From NCBI GenBank assembly GCA_002104905.1, contig MCFE01000549.1, forward strand, positions 1 to 59,573: DNA of 59,573 nt. The letters run 5' to 3'. The translations under genes were made by a program, and so were the position numbers. Position 1 is the stretch's first letter; every line of letters starts with the position of its first letter. The DNA is from Basidiobolus meristosporus CBS 931.73 (taxonomy: Eukaryota; Fungi; Basidiobolomycota). This document shows positions 26,959-40,100 of this stretch, in pieces. The notes beneath the pieces were generated by a model. That model did no database searches, was not told the DNA's origin, and was given only the letters and a program-made list of their open reading frames with translations.

Positions 26959-29280
26959 ATGAAGAGCAATGACTATGAAGAAGACCTACAGGCCTATATA
27001 TTTGGGAACTGCAAGTTTGACCTTGTACTTGGAAAAACCTGGCTATTTTGTCGTAATCCATCAATCAACTGGAGAACCCATGCTACTCAGATCCAAAAAG
27101 ACAACAAGACCTATGAGCTATTACCTGCCAGGCTGGATTTCAACTTGGTCAATTCCAGTGTGTTTGAGACAAGTGAACTTAGCAAGACCCAGTTCTGTAG
27201 AGCACCTAGAAATGGTACCAAGATGCTCCTCATGGCAGTATCACAGGAGGATTCCTCTACCCCAGCACCCCAGCAGGTCCAGACTCTCTTGAAGAAATAT
27301 TCAGACGTGTTTCCAGATGAGCTTGTAAGCCTACCACCAGTCAGAGATGTGGATCATGCCATTGACACAGGAGATAGCCCTCCAGTGAGCAAGACACCTT
27401 ACAGAATGAGTCCATTGGAATTGGAGGAAATGAAGAGACAAAGTGATCAGCTATTGGAGCAAGGATACATCAGGCCCAGCAAGTCACCCTGGGGAGCACC
27501 AGTGCTTTTTGTGAAAAAGAAGGATGGAACACTTAGGATGTGCATTGACTACAGAGCCCTGAACTCAGTGACCATCAAGAATAAGTACCCCATACCTTGG
27601 ATTGATGAGCTTTTGGACCAACTTAATGGAGCCACTATTTTCAGCAAGATTGACCTCATGTCAGGATACAACCAAATTAGGGTGAAACCAGAAGATATTC
27701 CTAAGACAGCATTTAGGACCAGATATGGACATTACAAGTACTTAGTCATGAGTTTTGGCCTCACTAATGCCCCTGCAACATTCATGATGCTGATGCAGAC
27801 TGTCTTTCAGGAGTACTTAGACAAGTTTGTGATAATCTACCTGGATGACATATTGATATACAGCAAGACAAAAAAGGATCACATTGTGCACATTGAAAAG
27901 GTCTTGAAGAAACTAAGAGTGAACAAGCTGTATGGCAAGCTAGCCAAGTGTGAATTCTTCAAGGAACATGTTGAATACCTGGGACACATAGTGACTAGCA
28001 CAGGAGTGACCTTAGACCCTAAGAAGGTTGAAGTTACCAAGAATTTGAAGCAGCCCCAAAGCATATCAGAACTCAGATCATTCCTTGGAATGGTTTCCTA
28101 TTATTGGAGATTTGTCAAGTCTTTTGCAAATATTGCAGCCCCTTTAACTGATATCCTCAAGAAAGACAATACCTACAAGTGGGACATAGCTTGTGAGACT
28201 GCCTTCCAGATGCTCAAGAATGAACTTGCTAAGCTGCCATGCTTAAGAATACCAGACTTCAGAAAAGAGTTCACTCTGTGCACAGATGCTTCAGATTATG
28301 CAATTGGTGGAGTGCTGAGCCAAGAACACAAGGGAAAGGACTACCCTGTTGCCTTTGAATCCAAGAAACTGAACTCAGCAGAACAAAACTATCCAGTTCA
28401 TGAGAAGGAGATGCTTGCTATAATACACTGTTTGAAGACATGGAGATGCTATATTGAAGGAGTCAGATGCACTGTGAAGACTGATCATGCCTCCCTCAAG
28501 TATATATTTACTCAGAAGGTACTCTCTAGAAGAATGACAAGATGGAGTGAATACATTCAGCAATTTGACCTGGAGATTGTCTACTGCCCTGGAAAAAACA
28601 ACACAGTTGCTGACACCTTATCAAGATTAGATCAAGTTGCACAACTCAACTTGGTGCATGAATCAGATTGGCCTAGCCTATTACCAAAGTACTTGGAGGA
28701 CCAAGCCATTCCTAATGGGGTGGACAAAGATATCAAGAAGATAATCCGTGATAAAGCCAGCAAATTTGTTGTACAGGATGAAACACTCTACCAAATTATT
28801 GATGGAAGCCCTATTGCCTATTGTCCTTATGTTGCTTGCCTGGATTTAATACATAAGCTACACAATGGATATGGACATCTTGGGATTGAAGGAGCCTATA
28901 GCCTTGTGAAAGCCAGAGCATGGTGGCCCAGAATGAAACAAGATATTGAGAAGCTAGTGAAAACATGCCCAAACTGCCAAATCAATCAAAGCCAGCCACA
29001 AAGAATTGCCAAACTCTTCCCTTTGGAGCCTGTGAGACCATTTGAGAGATAGGGAATTGACTTTATTGGAAGACTGCCAACCACCAGGAAATGCAACCAT
29101 TGGATCCTAGTAGCAATTGACCATGCCACTAAATGGCCAGTTGCTAAAGCTGTACCAATAGCCAGTGAACAAGAAGTTGCAAGTTTCATTTACCATGAGA
29201 TCCTGATGAAGTTTGGATGCCCTGTGGAGATCTTATCTGATAGAGGAGCAAACTTTATGGCAAAGACATTAGAGACTTCC
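26959..29280 (+). pseudogene. pol: Gypsy A pol: RT (YLDD), RNase H (TDAS), integrase N-terminal part
   Basis: ORF 26959-29052, then TAG where copy B has TTG; homology to B ends at 29280. Confidence 0.92.
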
Positions 29281-29815
29281 CACATCCCTGTCCACTAATT
29301 AATGCAAAGGCTATTAATTCCCTTCTCTTCCCTTTTCTCTATTTGTAGAGGGGGGGGGAATCCCCCCCTATGCCATGCAAAGCGGGTCGAGTTGGTATCA
29401 CAAGAAAAGAGATTCAGGAGAACCCTCTCAACTTTAGTAGGGGAGAATGTTATGATCTGCTGCTTGAATGTTTAAGTTAGAGCAGTTTCTAGTCAAATCA
29501 ATTAGTATATGTTTAGGTTATCAGTATATCAGTATTATCTATGAAATCAGTAGCATAAGTCAGCAAATGAATCAGCAAATCCTTATCAGACAGAAATAGA
29601 TATATTAAGTAGGATCTTATTGGGTGATGATGATGCAATCAAATGAGTCATCAGCCACAACCTACATTAGGAAATACAATTAGTCAGCAATTGATCTGGC
29701 AAAATGTATATAAGGAGCTGCTGGAACCTTAATAAAAATCAGTTCAAGTTTTAGTGAATACAATACTAGCTAAACTCCCTATTCCTCTACAACTCTCATA
29801 CCAAGACTTGTAATA

Positions 29816-32800
29816 TAGGTATCTAAAAATCCGCTTAACTGCTGCAATATGATCAGATCCATAGTTCTGATTATGTTGGCTGACAACTCCCACTGAATAT
29901 GAGATATCTGGACGTGTTCCAAGCATTATATACATCAGACTGCCGACCATAGATTGATAAGGAAAGTCAGGGCTTTCAGATAGCACCAAACTCTCTTGAT
30001 TTGGTTGAGTTTTGACCAAGTTAAGGTTTGACTCCATTGGGGTAGCTGCCAGTTTACAGTCTTTCATTTTATACTTCTTTAGTATATCTTGAATATACTT
30101 TGATTGGCTTAGGGTGATAGTCTGGGTACTTCTGTCTATGGAGAACTTAATCCCTAAGTAGTAACTGAGTTCTCCTAGATTGGACATCTTGAACTCCTTA
30201 GATAGGCTGGATTTAGTCTCTTCCAATGTTGCTAGGTTATTGGTGGCTATAATAAGATCATCCACATATAGAGCTAATAGAACTGGATTTGCTCTATCTG
30301 GCTTATGATATATACTATAGTCAGCATTACTCCTTTTAAAACTCAAAGATTCCAAATAAGAATCTATCTTGCAATTCCAGGCTCTTGGTGATTGTTTGAG
30401 ACCATATAGTGACTTTTTAAGCTTGCAGACCAAATGAGGGTCATCTTGGTCAACAAACCCATCAGGCTGGTCCATATACACATCCTCATCAAGTTCTCCA
30501 TTCAAAAATGCAGTTTTTACATCCATTTGATGAATAAAAAACTTATAGTTGGCTGCAATAGTCAATATTAATCTGATGGAATTTAACTTGCTACCGGTGC
30601 AAAGGTCTTAGTATAGTCAAGTCCTTTTGTTTGAGAGTATCCTTTGCTACAAGTCTTGCTTTGTATCTTTCATTGTACCATCAAACTTGTATTTTGTCTT
30701 GAAGACCCATCTGCTTCCAATTGATTTTTGGTTGATTGGTAATTTGACTAAGTCCCAAGTTTGATTTTCCATTAGGGCCTGATATTTCTCAGTCATTGCA
30801 GATCTCCAAAACTTTGTCTGAGGGCTATTTAGGGCCTCTTTTACAGTCCGGGGTTCATCAATATGGACTGAATAGGCATAGGCTAAGTTTGTACCCTCAT
30901 TGATATAGTAATTTGAGCTATTTCTTGTCCGATTGGATCTCCAGGCATTTGATACTGTAATGATCACTTCTGGGATATTTGTGGGCACTGATTCTGGCAG
31001 AACCACGGTTGTAGAGTCCTCTGGAGTGAAAAACTTTTCATTGTTTTGCTCGGATTCAATCCTGACAATTGGTGGACTTCAGATCAAATTTTTGTCATCA
31101 TCTGATGTCATTTTTTGTGAAAATTTTGAATTTTCATCAAACAACACATCCCTGGACTTGATCAGCTTCTTTGCTTTGGTATTGTAGAGTCTGTATGCCT
31201 TACTCTCATTGCAGTAGCCCAAAAATATGCATTGTACACTTTTTGGTTCAAATTTTGACTGATTTCCAGCCAGTTTTTTGGCATATGCTGTGCACCCAAA
31301 TATTCTTAGATGTTCTGCACTTGGCCTGTATCTATACCATGATTCAAATGGAGTAGAATCACAAAGTATTCTGTAATAACTCCTATTTTTAAGGTATACA
31401 GTAGTGGCAACTGATTCCGCCCAAAAATCATAGGGTAATTTTTGATCATGGATCATAGATCTTGCCATATCAATTATTGATCTGTTAGCTTGTTCTGCTA
31501 CTCCATTTTGCTGTGGGGAGTAGAGTATAGTAGTCTCTTGCTTTATCCATGAATTATGCAGAAGTGGATGAGGAGTTTTGAGGTATATTCTCTACCATTG
31601 TCAGAGCGTATTTTCTTGCTTTTTTCACTAGTTTCTCTCTCCACTATGGTTTTAGACTCCCTGAACTTAGACAGAGCTTCTTCCTTTCTCTCCATGAAGT
31701 AGACCCATGTGTATCTAGTATAATCATCAATAAAAGTGATTAAATACTTCATCCCGCCTAAGGATAAATTTTGCATAGGTTCACACAGATCTGAGTGAAT
31801 TGGATCTAATTTTTTTTTAGTTTTGATTAACCCAGAGCTCTTGAATGGTTGTCTGGCTTATTTCTCATATAAGCAGGCTTCACAGTGCTCCAAATTAGCT
31901 GATCTTTGATCATTTTATGCAAATAATCAAAATTGATGTATCCAAATCTCCTCTGCCAAAGCATTGGTGTTTCTTCATTTAAGTTACTTATATTGGCTTC
32001 CATATATGATGGAATATAAGTCAATTTGTATAGATTCTGATCTCTGATGCCCAAAGCAATATGAGCACCATTTTGATCAGTGATCCTGCATCCAGAATTG
32101 TCAAAACTGAAACTGAGTCCTTCTGCTGGGGCCTTGCTTACAGAGAGTAGGTTCTTGGCTATTTCTGGTACATAGAGTACTTCTTTAAAGGTCAGTGTAT
32201 GGCTTCCTTCACTACTTCTAAGGTTTACTTGGATAGTTCCTTCTCCCACTGCATCAAGTGTTCTATTGTCACTCATGAAAACCTTCTTAATTGGAATTTC
32301 TTGATATTGGGTAAAAAGTTCTTTTTGGTGTGTAAAGTGTTGAGATGCTTCAGAGTCAATATACCACGTCTGAGAATCCTTGTTTGTGTTCATATTTAGT
32401 GCAGAAATGAATAGTCTATCTGCAGTTGTTGCAGCATTTCCATATTCAGGCTTCTTTTGCTTATTATCTTTCTTTTTGAGACACCAGTCTGATGTGTGTC
32501 CTTTCCTTTTGCAGTAGTAACAAAACAGGTTGCTGCTGCCTTTGTAGGGTCTTGGGTACCTCCTTTGTTGGTTATCATTGCTTATTAAGGGATTTTCTTC
32601 TTCCTTCTTATTGGCGCTTGACTTTCTTAATTCTTCATCCAGGAGCCTTCCATATACATAATTTAAGGTCAAATCTTCAGTTCTGGACTCTAGGGCTGAT
32701 ACAAGGCCCTGAAACTTGTATGTCAGGCAATTCAGGATGGTAACTATCACATCCTCATCAGTAGTTGGCACACCCACAGATTCCATCTCATCTACCAGCA

Positions 32801-33197
32801 GGGTAATTCTGTTAATTAGATTTTTCATTTCTTCTCCTGGTAGCATCTTTGTAGAAAAGAATTTTTGTCTCAGATACATTTTCTTGGCAGCTGAACATGA
32901 CAGGTAGGTGTCTTCTAATGCTTTCCAGGCATTCTTTGCCGTTTTTGCTCTTGAGTATTGAATTAGCAATTTGTCCTTGACATTAAGACAAATACAGTTA
33001 AAGGCACTTTGTTCTTTCTTCTGGTACTTTAAGGCTTCCTCTCCCATGTTTTTAGGAGGGCATTCTTCTCCCATGACAATATCCCAAAGGCCTCTTTCTT
33101 GTAGCAGCATCTGCATTTTCACCTTCCACACTTGGCAGTTAGATCCATCCAACTTTTCAGCAGAGGGAAAAATTCCAGTAATAGCAGTAGTAGTCAT
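29816..33197 (-). pseudogene. Copia gag-protease-integrase-RT polyprotein, fragmented
   Basis: UBN2-like gag, CYYCKRKGHTSDWC, WYIDSEAS, ITFIDDYTR, RSDNGREY, QMDVKTAFLNG, LYVDDL. Confidence 0.92.
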
Positions 33198-33216
33198 TGC
33201 AGAGAGTAACAGCTTG

Positions 33217-33228
33217 GGGCTCATAACC
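33217..33228 (-). other. PBS complementary to the tRNA-iMet anticodon arm (half-tRNA priming)
   Basis: GGTTATGAGCCC directly after the LTR, as known for Ty5/copia. Confidence 0.85.
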
Positions 33229-33791
33229 TGTTGTAAGAGTCTTGGAGATATTGGAAGTGATTGGGAGAACAAGTAGATTAGACTTGTTCCATCATTCCAG
33301 CTGATCATAGTGCCCAATATTGCCATAGCATGCCAGATGGTGCTTGATCATGCCACAGAGTGCCAGATGGTACCATACAGTGCCAATTTGGGATCAAAAT
33401 TGACATGCATATGACCCTAAAATATCAAATTAATAACAAAGTAAACAGCACATTCTGGCACTACAATCAATGGCACAATGGAACAAGTCTATTATGTGGT
33501 TTTCACTTAATTATTTATTGAATGTACAAGTAGTATTTATACTTTTACATGGTCTTGGCATTACAAACACAGAGAACAGGTTAAGGAAGGTCCCAAGAAC
33601 ATGTGTGCAAAGTTTGGGGCAGTTTGGACAACTTTGAGAATTTTATTGTTCTGGTTACCTGGTATTTTGGTGAAAGTACTCTAAGTAAATCCCAACAAGC
33701 AATTTGGTCAGTTTTCTCTAGGATTTGAGGGTAATGATCTAAGTGACTAAGTTAGGTGAATATTTAGGTGGAATTACAAATTTTTACAACA
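33229..33791 (-). repeat. Copia 5' LTR with MITE insertion
   Basis: 349 bp after removing the MITE and its TSD. Confidence 0.9.
33280..33490. mobile_element. 211-bp MITE, TIR AGACTTGTTCCAT, 3-bp TSD ATT
   Basis: Absent from the other LTR copies (empty site AAGTAGATTATG); perfect 13-bp TIR. Confidence 0.9.
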
Positions 33792-34384
33792 CACTTGAGT
33801 ATTTACCAATAAGTGATATAATAGCGTTATGTAGTCAAAGGTCAAACTGTTTGCCCCATGGACAAGACTACTTTCACTCAATGCCATAAGAGAAGAGAAA
33901 AAAGACCATGTGGCTATTGCGGCAAGCCTCTCAGCCATGAAGCACACTGACAGCATAGGAAGTATTACAAGGATCACAGAGAGCATTTTGCCACCCAAGT
34001 CATATTTGACAATTCATTGGTCACTACTGTACCAACATTATCTTGCCAGCCAGTTGATAATTCTATATTAGCACCTGGCTGTCTTTGTCTCCTTGCGCAA
34101 ACTGAGTCAGGTGAGTTTGTGACAACTTTAGGCTCACATCTGCTACCTGAATATGGCATGCAGAGTGATACCTCTGACAAAGAGGGTTTACTGATGGATT
34201 TTGAGCCTATCTCCCCTAACAACAGTACCATGTATGAGCCTGGTCAAATCCCTATATGCAATGAGACAACTCATGTTGAAACAAATGCCAAGGATACTTT
34301 ATGGGGCCAAGTGAGCCCAGTAATCCATCTACTGGAGAATGATGTAATGTTGTGGCTAGAGAAGTGGCATGTTTCCACTAATAT

Positions 34385-34447
34385 TGTTACAAGTCTTTGT
34401 ATAAGAGTTGTAGAGGAATAGGGAGTTTAGCTAGTATTGTATCCACT
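34385..34447 (-). repeat. Gypsy LTR 3' end fragment
   Basis: TGTTACAAGTCTT...matches the reverse complement of the 368-bp LTR end. Confidence 0.85.
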
Positions 34448-35786
34448 ATCACTTAGATCCAGTTTGTGTTTCTGCTATTGTCTTGAAGTACTTGAGCTTC
34501 TATAAAGACTCATCCTCTTTTTCAGGAATTAGACCCATGTATATGTTGTCTTGTCATCAATAATATCATAAAGTATCTCTTGGCTCCAAAGAACATAGCT
34601 CCCATGGCCCCACATGTGTCTGTGTGTACAAAAGCCAATGTTTTGGTGGTGCTAATGCCTCCTGAGCTGCTGAAATGTTGCCTAGCTTGTTTGCTATATG
34701 AAAATCCCTTACAGACACCAATTATGATTGGAATTGAAAACTTAGGCCCAAAACAAGCTGATTCTCACCAATTGGCTCATTTTCTGTTCCTAATGTATCA
34801 AAGCCTCTTATGCCATGCCTCCCATAGAGTTTCAGCAGTTTTAGCTGCTCATCAATGGTATATGGTTTTCATGCTCCAGTTTCTGTTTTTTGTCTGCCAG
34901 TTTTATCTTGTATTCTCTGGCCCAGTGTCCTGGCTTCTTACAGTAGTTACAGCAACCAGGGATTTTTTTGCTTTCCCTTCTTTTCTATGTGCCTTTCTGA
35001 GGCAAATAAAGCCTTGTCTTAAATCATCTCTGCTTGATCATTACATCTGAGTTCTTTGTGGAGGAATCTTCCATTGACATAGTCTAAGGTTAAGTTTTCT
35101 CTTCTACTTTCAAAAGAAAGTATAAATGGTTCATACTTGTCTGGCAGGCTGCAGAGCAGACTGAGGATCTTTTCTTCATCATATACAGCAGTGTTACTGT
35201 AAAAATCTTCCGCAAGTATCTCTACTCTGGTATTGAGTTGTAGCGTGTCATCATCTGGCTTGTTCCTCATGTTCATGAACTTTAGCTTTAAATTATGCTT
35301 GCTCAATACTGACTTTGCTCTAAAATTCTTCTCTCAGGATATCCATGCTGCTTTGACAGTATTTGAAGCATGGATTTGTCCAATGAGGGACTCTTGCACA
35401 TTGGTACATATTTCATCAATGACCTTTTTCTCCTTCTTTTGAAACTTATAAACTACTTCTGCCGTTCCTTTGGGATCAACTACTTATCCTGCTACTTTAA
35501 TCCAAAGCTTTCTTTTCTCCAGGTGGATCTGCATCTTGATTCTCCAAAGTCTGCAGCTCTTTCCAGTAAACCTGTCCTTTACAGGGAAATGTTTGTGTTG
35601 TTCTGTTTGCTGGTAGAAGTTATCTTTAGAATAGATTAAGTCAATCATGGCTCATAACCTGTTGTAATTTATGAAGTGATCTGGATATAAGGAACTTATC
35701 AAGAAATAATGATAATAGCTGAACTGTTGTTCCTTCATAAAGCAGCTTCGTATTTATACCTTTGTATAAGTAATAAAGCTGTAACA
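34448..35786 (-). mobile_element. Second Copia family fragment: short LTR (35660-~35786), PBS GGTTATGAGCC, gag, internal deletion, pre-integrase/integrase start
   Basis: ORF 35019-35306 (LLCSLPDKYEPF...LTLDYV); WHKRL; PBS at 35649-35659. Confidence 0.75.
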
Positions 35787-36914
35787 CATAGTAAGGAGGG
35801 TTACTCAGCATTCAGGAGCATTCTGTAACAGTTTTGGAGCTTGTACATAATGTTTGGTAAAAGTGTTATTATGATCTTGACAATATGGGAAATACCCATA
35901 TGATCATAGATTTGAAGAAACTGGCAAAGTGAGGGCTGTAAATTAGCCCTACAGTGACCAAGACTTGTCTTGAATAATACCAAATAGTCCAATATTTCAA
36001 CAGTAACATTGATAGCAGTAGTATCCAGAATTCTCCTCTCCTGAAGAAAGAAGAAGCCTCTGTCAAGATATCAGAAAAATTAAGAATGGAAAAATGCAAT
36101 GAAAAAAATCCTGTCCTAACAGCAACATTTACTCCAGATCCTCAGCCAGCAGTGACAAGGAATGACTACCATGGCCCAGAGCCAGAAAAACCCTGTCAAG
36201 TGCAACTTTAGCATGACAGTCCATCAGTACCATGGTAGCGTGAATGAGAACCTTGGAACTTGGCTCTTCCAAATTAAAGAAGCTTTTAAGGCTAGGAGAA
36301 TTGCTCCAGAAAGCAGTTTACATTATGCAGCTTCTTGCTTTGCAGATGCAGCTTTACAGTGGTAGAACAATGAGATCAGGTTAGCCACCATGGGGGGATG
36401 CTCTACAATCTCCACCTGGGATGCGTTTATGCCAGAAATTCAGAGTGCTTTTGAGCCTCCACACCAGCAGACATTACTAAGAAGCAATTAGAGGCACTTG
36501 GACAGAAAGGGATGGTTCAAGAGTTCATCAGTGAATATAGATATATTGTTACAAGTCTTGGTATAGGAGTTGTAGAGGAATAGGGAGTTTAGCTAGTATT
36601 GTATTCACTAAAACTTGAACTGATTTTTATTGAGGTTCCAGCAGCTCCTTATATACATTTTGCCCAATCAATTGCTGACTAATTGTATTTCCTATTTTAG
36701 GTTGTGGCTGATGACTCATTTGACTGCATCATCATCACCCAATAAGATCCTACTTAATATATCTATATCTGTCTGATAAGGATCTGCTGATTCATTTGCT
36801 GACTAATGCTACTGATTTTATAGATAATACTGATATACTGATAACCTAAACATATACTAATTGATTTGACTAAAAACTGCTCTAACTTAAACATTCAAGT
36901 GGCAGATCATAACA

Positions 36915-37154
36915 CCTAAAAGGAACTGCTGATATCTGCTTAAGATACACTTATAAGGATCCAGAACAGGATGTTTGGGATACTCTGATGCTGATTGGGG
37001 ACAAAATTTGGGAGACAGAAAATCCACCACAGGATACACCTTTCTTTACTGTAAAGGAGCTATTTCATGGAATTCAAGAAAGAAACCAACCATAGCACTT
37101 TCTACCACAGAGGCAGAGTATATGGCAGCCTGTGAAGCTATAAAAGAAGCAATG
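36915..37154 (+). other. 240-bp Copia RNase H fragment inside Gypsy B, inverted copy of 25136-25375
   Basis: About 8 differences in 240 bp; ends exactly at the TAGG/LTR junction of copy A. Confidence 0.92.
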
Positions 37155-40100
37155 AACATTCTCTGATGATCTTGAATGGTCCTGTCCATTGTGGCTCAAA
37201 CTTCTTCCAAGTGTTGTTTCTTAGCAATACAAAGTTCCCAACTGTCAATGCTTCTGGTGCTATAGTCTTATCAAATCTCTGCTTCATCTTTTCTGCACTT
37301 TGACATACTTTGATCTGTGCCTCTTGACGTCCTTTTTCCAGTTGCTGGTGTCTACTTGGCTGACTGAGTTCATCTTCTATGATGTCTGTAAGCTTTGGTT
37401 GTGTGAGATCTCCTGGAATCCTTGGTCCACATCCATACACTAAGTAAAATGGTGATTGCTGGGTGGTGCTGAGTACTCTGACTCTGCATGAAAAGAGTGC
37501 TTTGTCTATATACTCATCCCATCTACTGACAACTCCATTTGTATACTTGGTTGGCATTTTTCCAAATAATCCATTAAACTGCTCAGTCACTCCATTAGTT
37601 CTGGGGTGATATGCCAAGGTTATCAGGTGTCTGATCTGTTGCATTTCCAGGAAAGTCTCTAATGTCTTTGCCATAAAGTTTGCTCCTCTATCAGATAAGA
37701 TCTCCACAGGGCATCCAAACTTCATCAGGATCTCATGGTAAATGAAACTTGCAACTTCTTGTTCACTGGCTATTGGTACAGCTTTAGCAACTGGCCATTT
37801 AGTGGCATGGTCAATTGCTACTAGGATCCAATGGTTGCATTTCCTGGTGGTTGGCAGTCTTCCAATAAAGTCAATTCCCAATCTCTCAAATGGTCTTACA
37901 GGCTCCAAAGGGAAGAGTTTGGCAATTCTTTGTGGCTGGCCTTGATTGATTTGGCAGTTTGGCATGTTTTTACTAGCTTCTCAGTGTCTTGTTTCATTCT
38001 AGGCCACCATGCTCTGGCTTTCACAAGACTATAGGTTCCTTCAATTCCAAGATGTCCATATCCATTGTGTAGCTTATGTATTAAATCCAGGCAAGCAACA
38101 TAAGGACAATAGGCAATAGGGCTTCCATCAACAATTTGGTAGAGTGTTTCATCCTGTACTACTAATTTGCTGGCTTCATCACGGAATATCTTCTTGATAT
38201 CTTCATCCACCTCATTAGGAATGGCTTGGTCCCCCAAGTACTTTGGTAATAAGCTAGGCCAATCTGATTCATGCACCAAGTGGAGTTGTGCAACTTGATC
38301 TAATCTTGATAAGGCATCAGCAACTGTGTTGTTTTTTCCAGGGCAGTAGACAATTTCCAGGTCAAATTGCTGAATGTATTCACTCCATCTTGTCATTCTT
38401 CTAGACAGTACCTTCTGAGTAAACATATACTTGAGGGAGGCATGATCAGTCTTCACAGTGCATTTGACTCCTTCAATATAGCATCTCCATGTCTTCAAAT
38501 AGTGTATTATAACAAGCATCTCCTTCTCATGGACTGGATAGTTTTGTTCTGCTGAGTTCAGTTTCTTGGATTCAAAGGCAACAGGGTAGTCCTTTCCCTT
38601 GTGTTCTTGGCTCAGCACTCCACCAATTGCATAATCTGAAGCATCTGTGCACAGAGTGAACTCTTTTCTGAAGTCTGGTATTCTTAAGCTTGGCAGCTTA
38701 GCAAGTTCATTCTTGAGCATCTGGAAGGCAGTCTCACAAGCTATGTCCCACTTGTAGGTATTGTCTTTCTTGAGGATATCAGTTAAAGGGGCTGTAATAC
38801 TTGCAAAAGACTTGACAAATCTCCAATAATAGGAAACCATTCCAAGGAATGATCTGAGTTCTGATATGCTATGGGGCTGCTTCAAATTCTTGATAACTTC
38901 AACCTTCTTAGGGTCTAAGGTCACTCCTGTGCTAGTCACTATGTGCCCCAGGTATTCAACATGTTCCTTGAAGAATTCACACTTGGCTAGCTTGCCATAT
39001 AGCTTGTTCACTCTTAGTTGCTTCAAGACCTTTTCAATGTGCACTACGTGATCCTCTTCTGTCTTGCTGTATATCAATATGTCATCCAGGTAGATTATCA
39101 CAAACTTGTCTAAGTACTCCTGAAAGACAGTCTGCATCAGCATCATGAATGTTGCAGGGGCATTAGTGAGGCCAAAACTCATCACTAAGTACTCATCATG
39201 TCCATATCTGGTCCTAAATGCTATCTTAGGAATATCTTCTGGTTTCACCCTAATTTGGTTGTATCCTGACATGAGGTCAATCTTGCTGAAAATAGTGGCT
39301 CCATTAAGTTGGTCCAAAAGCTCATCAATCCAAGGTATGGGGTACTTATTCTTGATGGTCACTGAGTTCAGGGCTCTGTAGTCAATGCACATCCTAAGTG
39401 TTTCATCCTTCTTTTTTACAAAAAGCACTGGTGCTCCCCAAGGTGACTTGCTGGGCCTGATGTATCCTTGCTCCAATAGCTGATCAATTTGTCTCTTCAT
39501 TTCCTCCAATTCCAATGGACTCATTCTGTAAGGTATCTTGCTCACTGGAGGGCTATCTCCTGTGTCAATGGCATGATCCATGTCTCTGACTGGTGGTAGG
39601 CTTACAAGCTCATCTTGAAACACGTCTGAATATTTCTTCAAGAGAGTCTGGACCTGATGGGGTGCTGGGGTAGAGGAATCCTCCTGTAAAACCACCATGA
39701 GGAACATCTGAGTACCTTTTCTAAGCACTCTACAGAACTGGGTCTTGCTAAGTTCACTTGTCTCACACACACTGGAATTGGCCAAGTTGAAATCCAGCCT
39801 GGCAGGTAATAGCTCATAGGTCTTCTTGTCTTTTTGGATCTGAGTAGCATGGGTTCTCCAGTTGATTGATGGATTACGACAAAATAGCCAGGTTTTTCCA
39901 AGTACAAGGTCAAACTTGCAGTTCCCAAATATATAGGCCTGTAGGTCTTCTTCATAGTCATTGCTCTTTATTCTTACTGGCTGGGTAATACGGTTGATTA
40001 TGTGAGAGTTCCCATCAGCTGTGGAGACTGAAGTTGATTTGGTAGGTTCTGAGTTGATTCCTGCTTTCAGAGCAAATTGCTCTGACATGTACTCATGCAA

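Larger units (their letters stand above)
25376..29815 (+). mobile_element. Ty3/Gypsy copy A, integrase C-terminal half deleted
   Basis: LTRs 25376-25743 and 29448-29815; TSD TAGG splitting Copia KRIFRYL/KGT; PBS TGGTAGCAGC (Ty3-like iMet); PPT AGTAGGGGAGAA. Confidence 0.95.
24486..33791 (-). mobile_element. Ty1/Copia retrotransposon, full span, with nested Gypsy A and a MITE
   Basis: LTRs 33229-33791 and 24486-24833; TSD CACAT/CACTT; PBS GGTTATGAGCCC; PPT GAGTGGGAG; gag-PR-INT-RT-RH order. Confidence 0.95.
21925..34384 (-). mobile_element. EnSpm copy E4 (21925-24485 plus 33797-34384), split by the Copia insertion; ORF2 on minus (22255-24343), transposase N-terminus on plus (34017-34384)
   Basis: Terminus CCCTATT...GAGATGATCCCATC at 21925; host sequence resumes after the Copia TSD. 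Confidence 0.8.

Noticed and set aside
27595-28110. Shared Arg>Trp changes in A and B as proof that a defective master was copied
   Set aside because: Both sites are CpG hotspots, so parallel decay is plausible.
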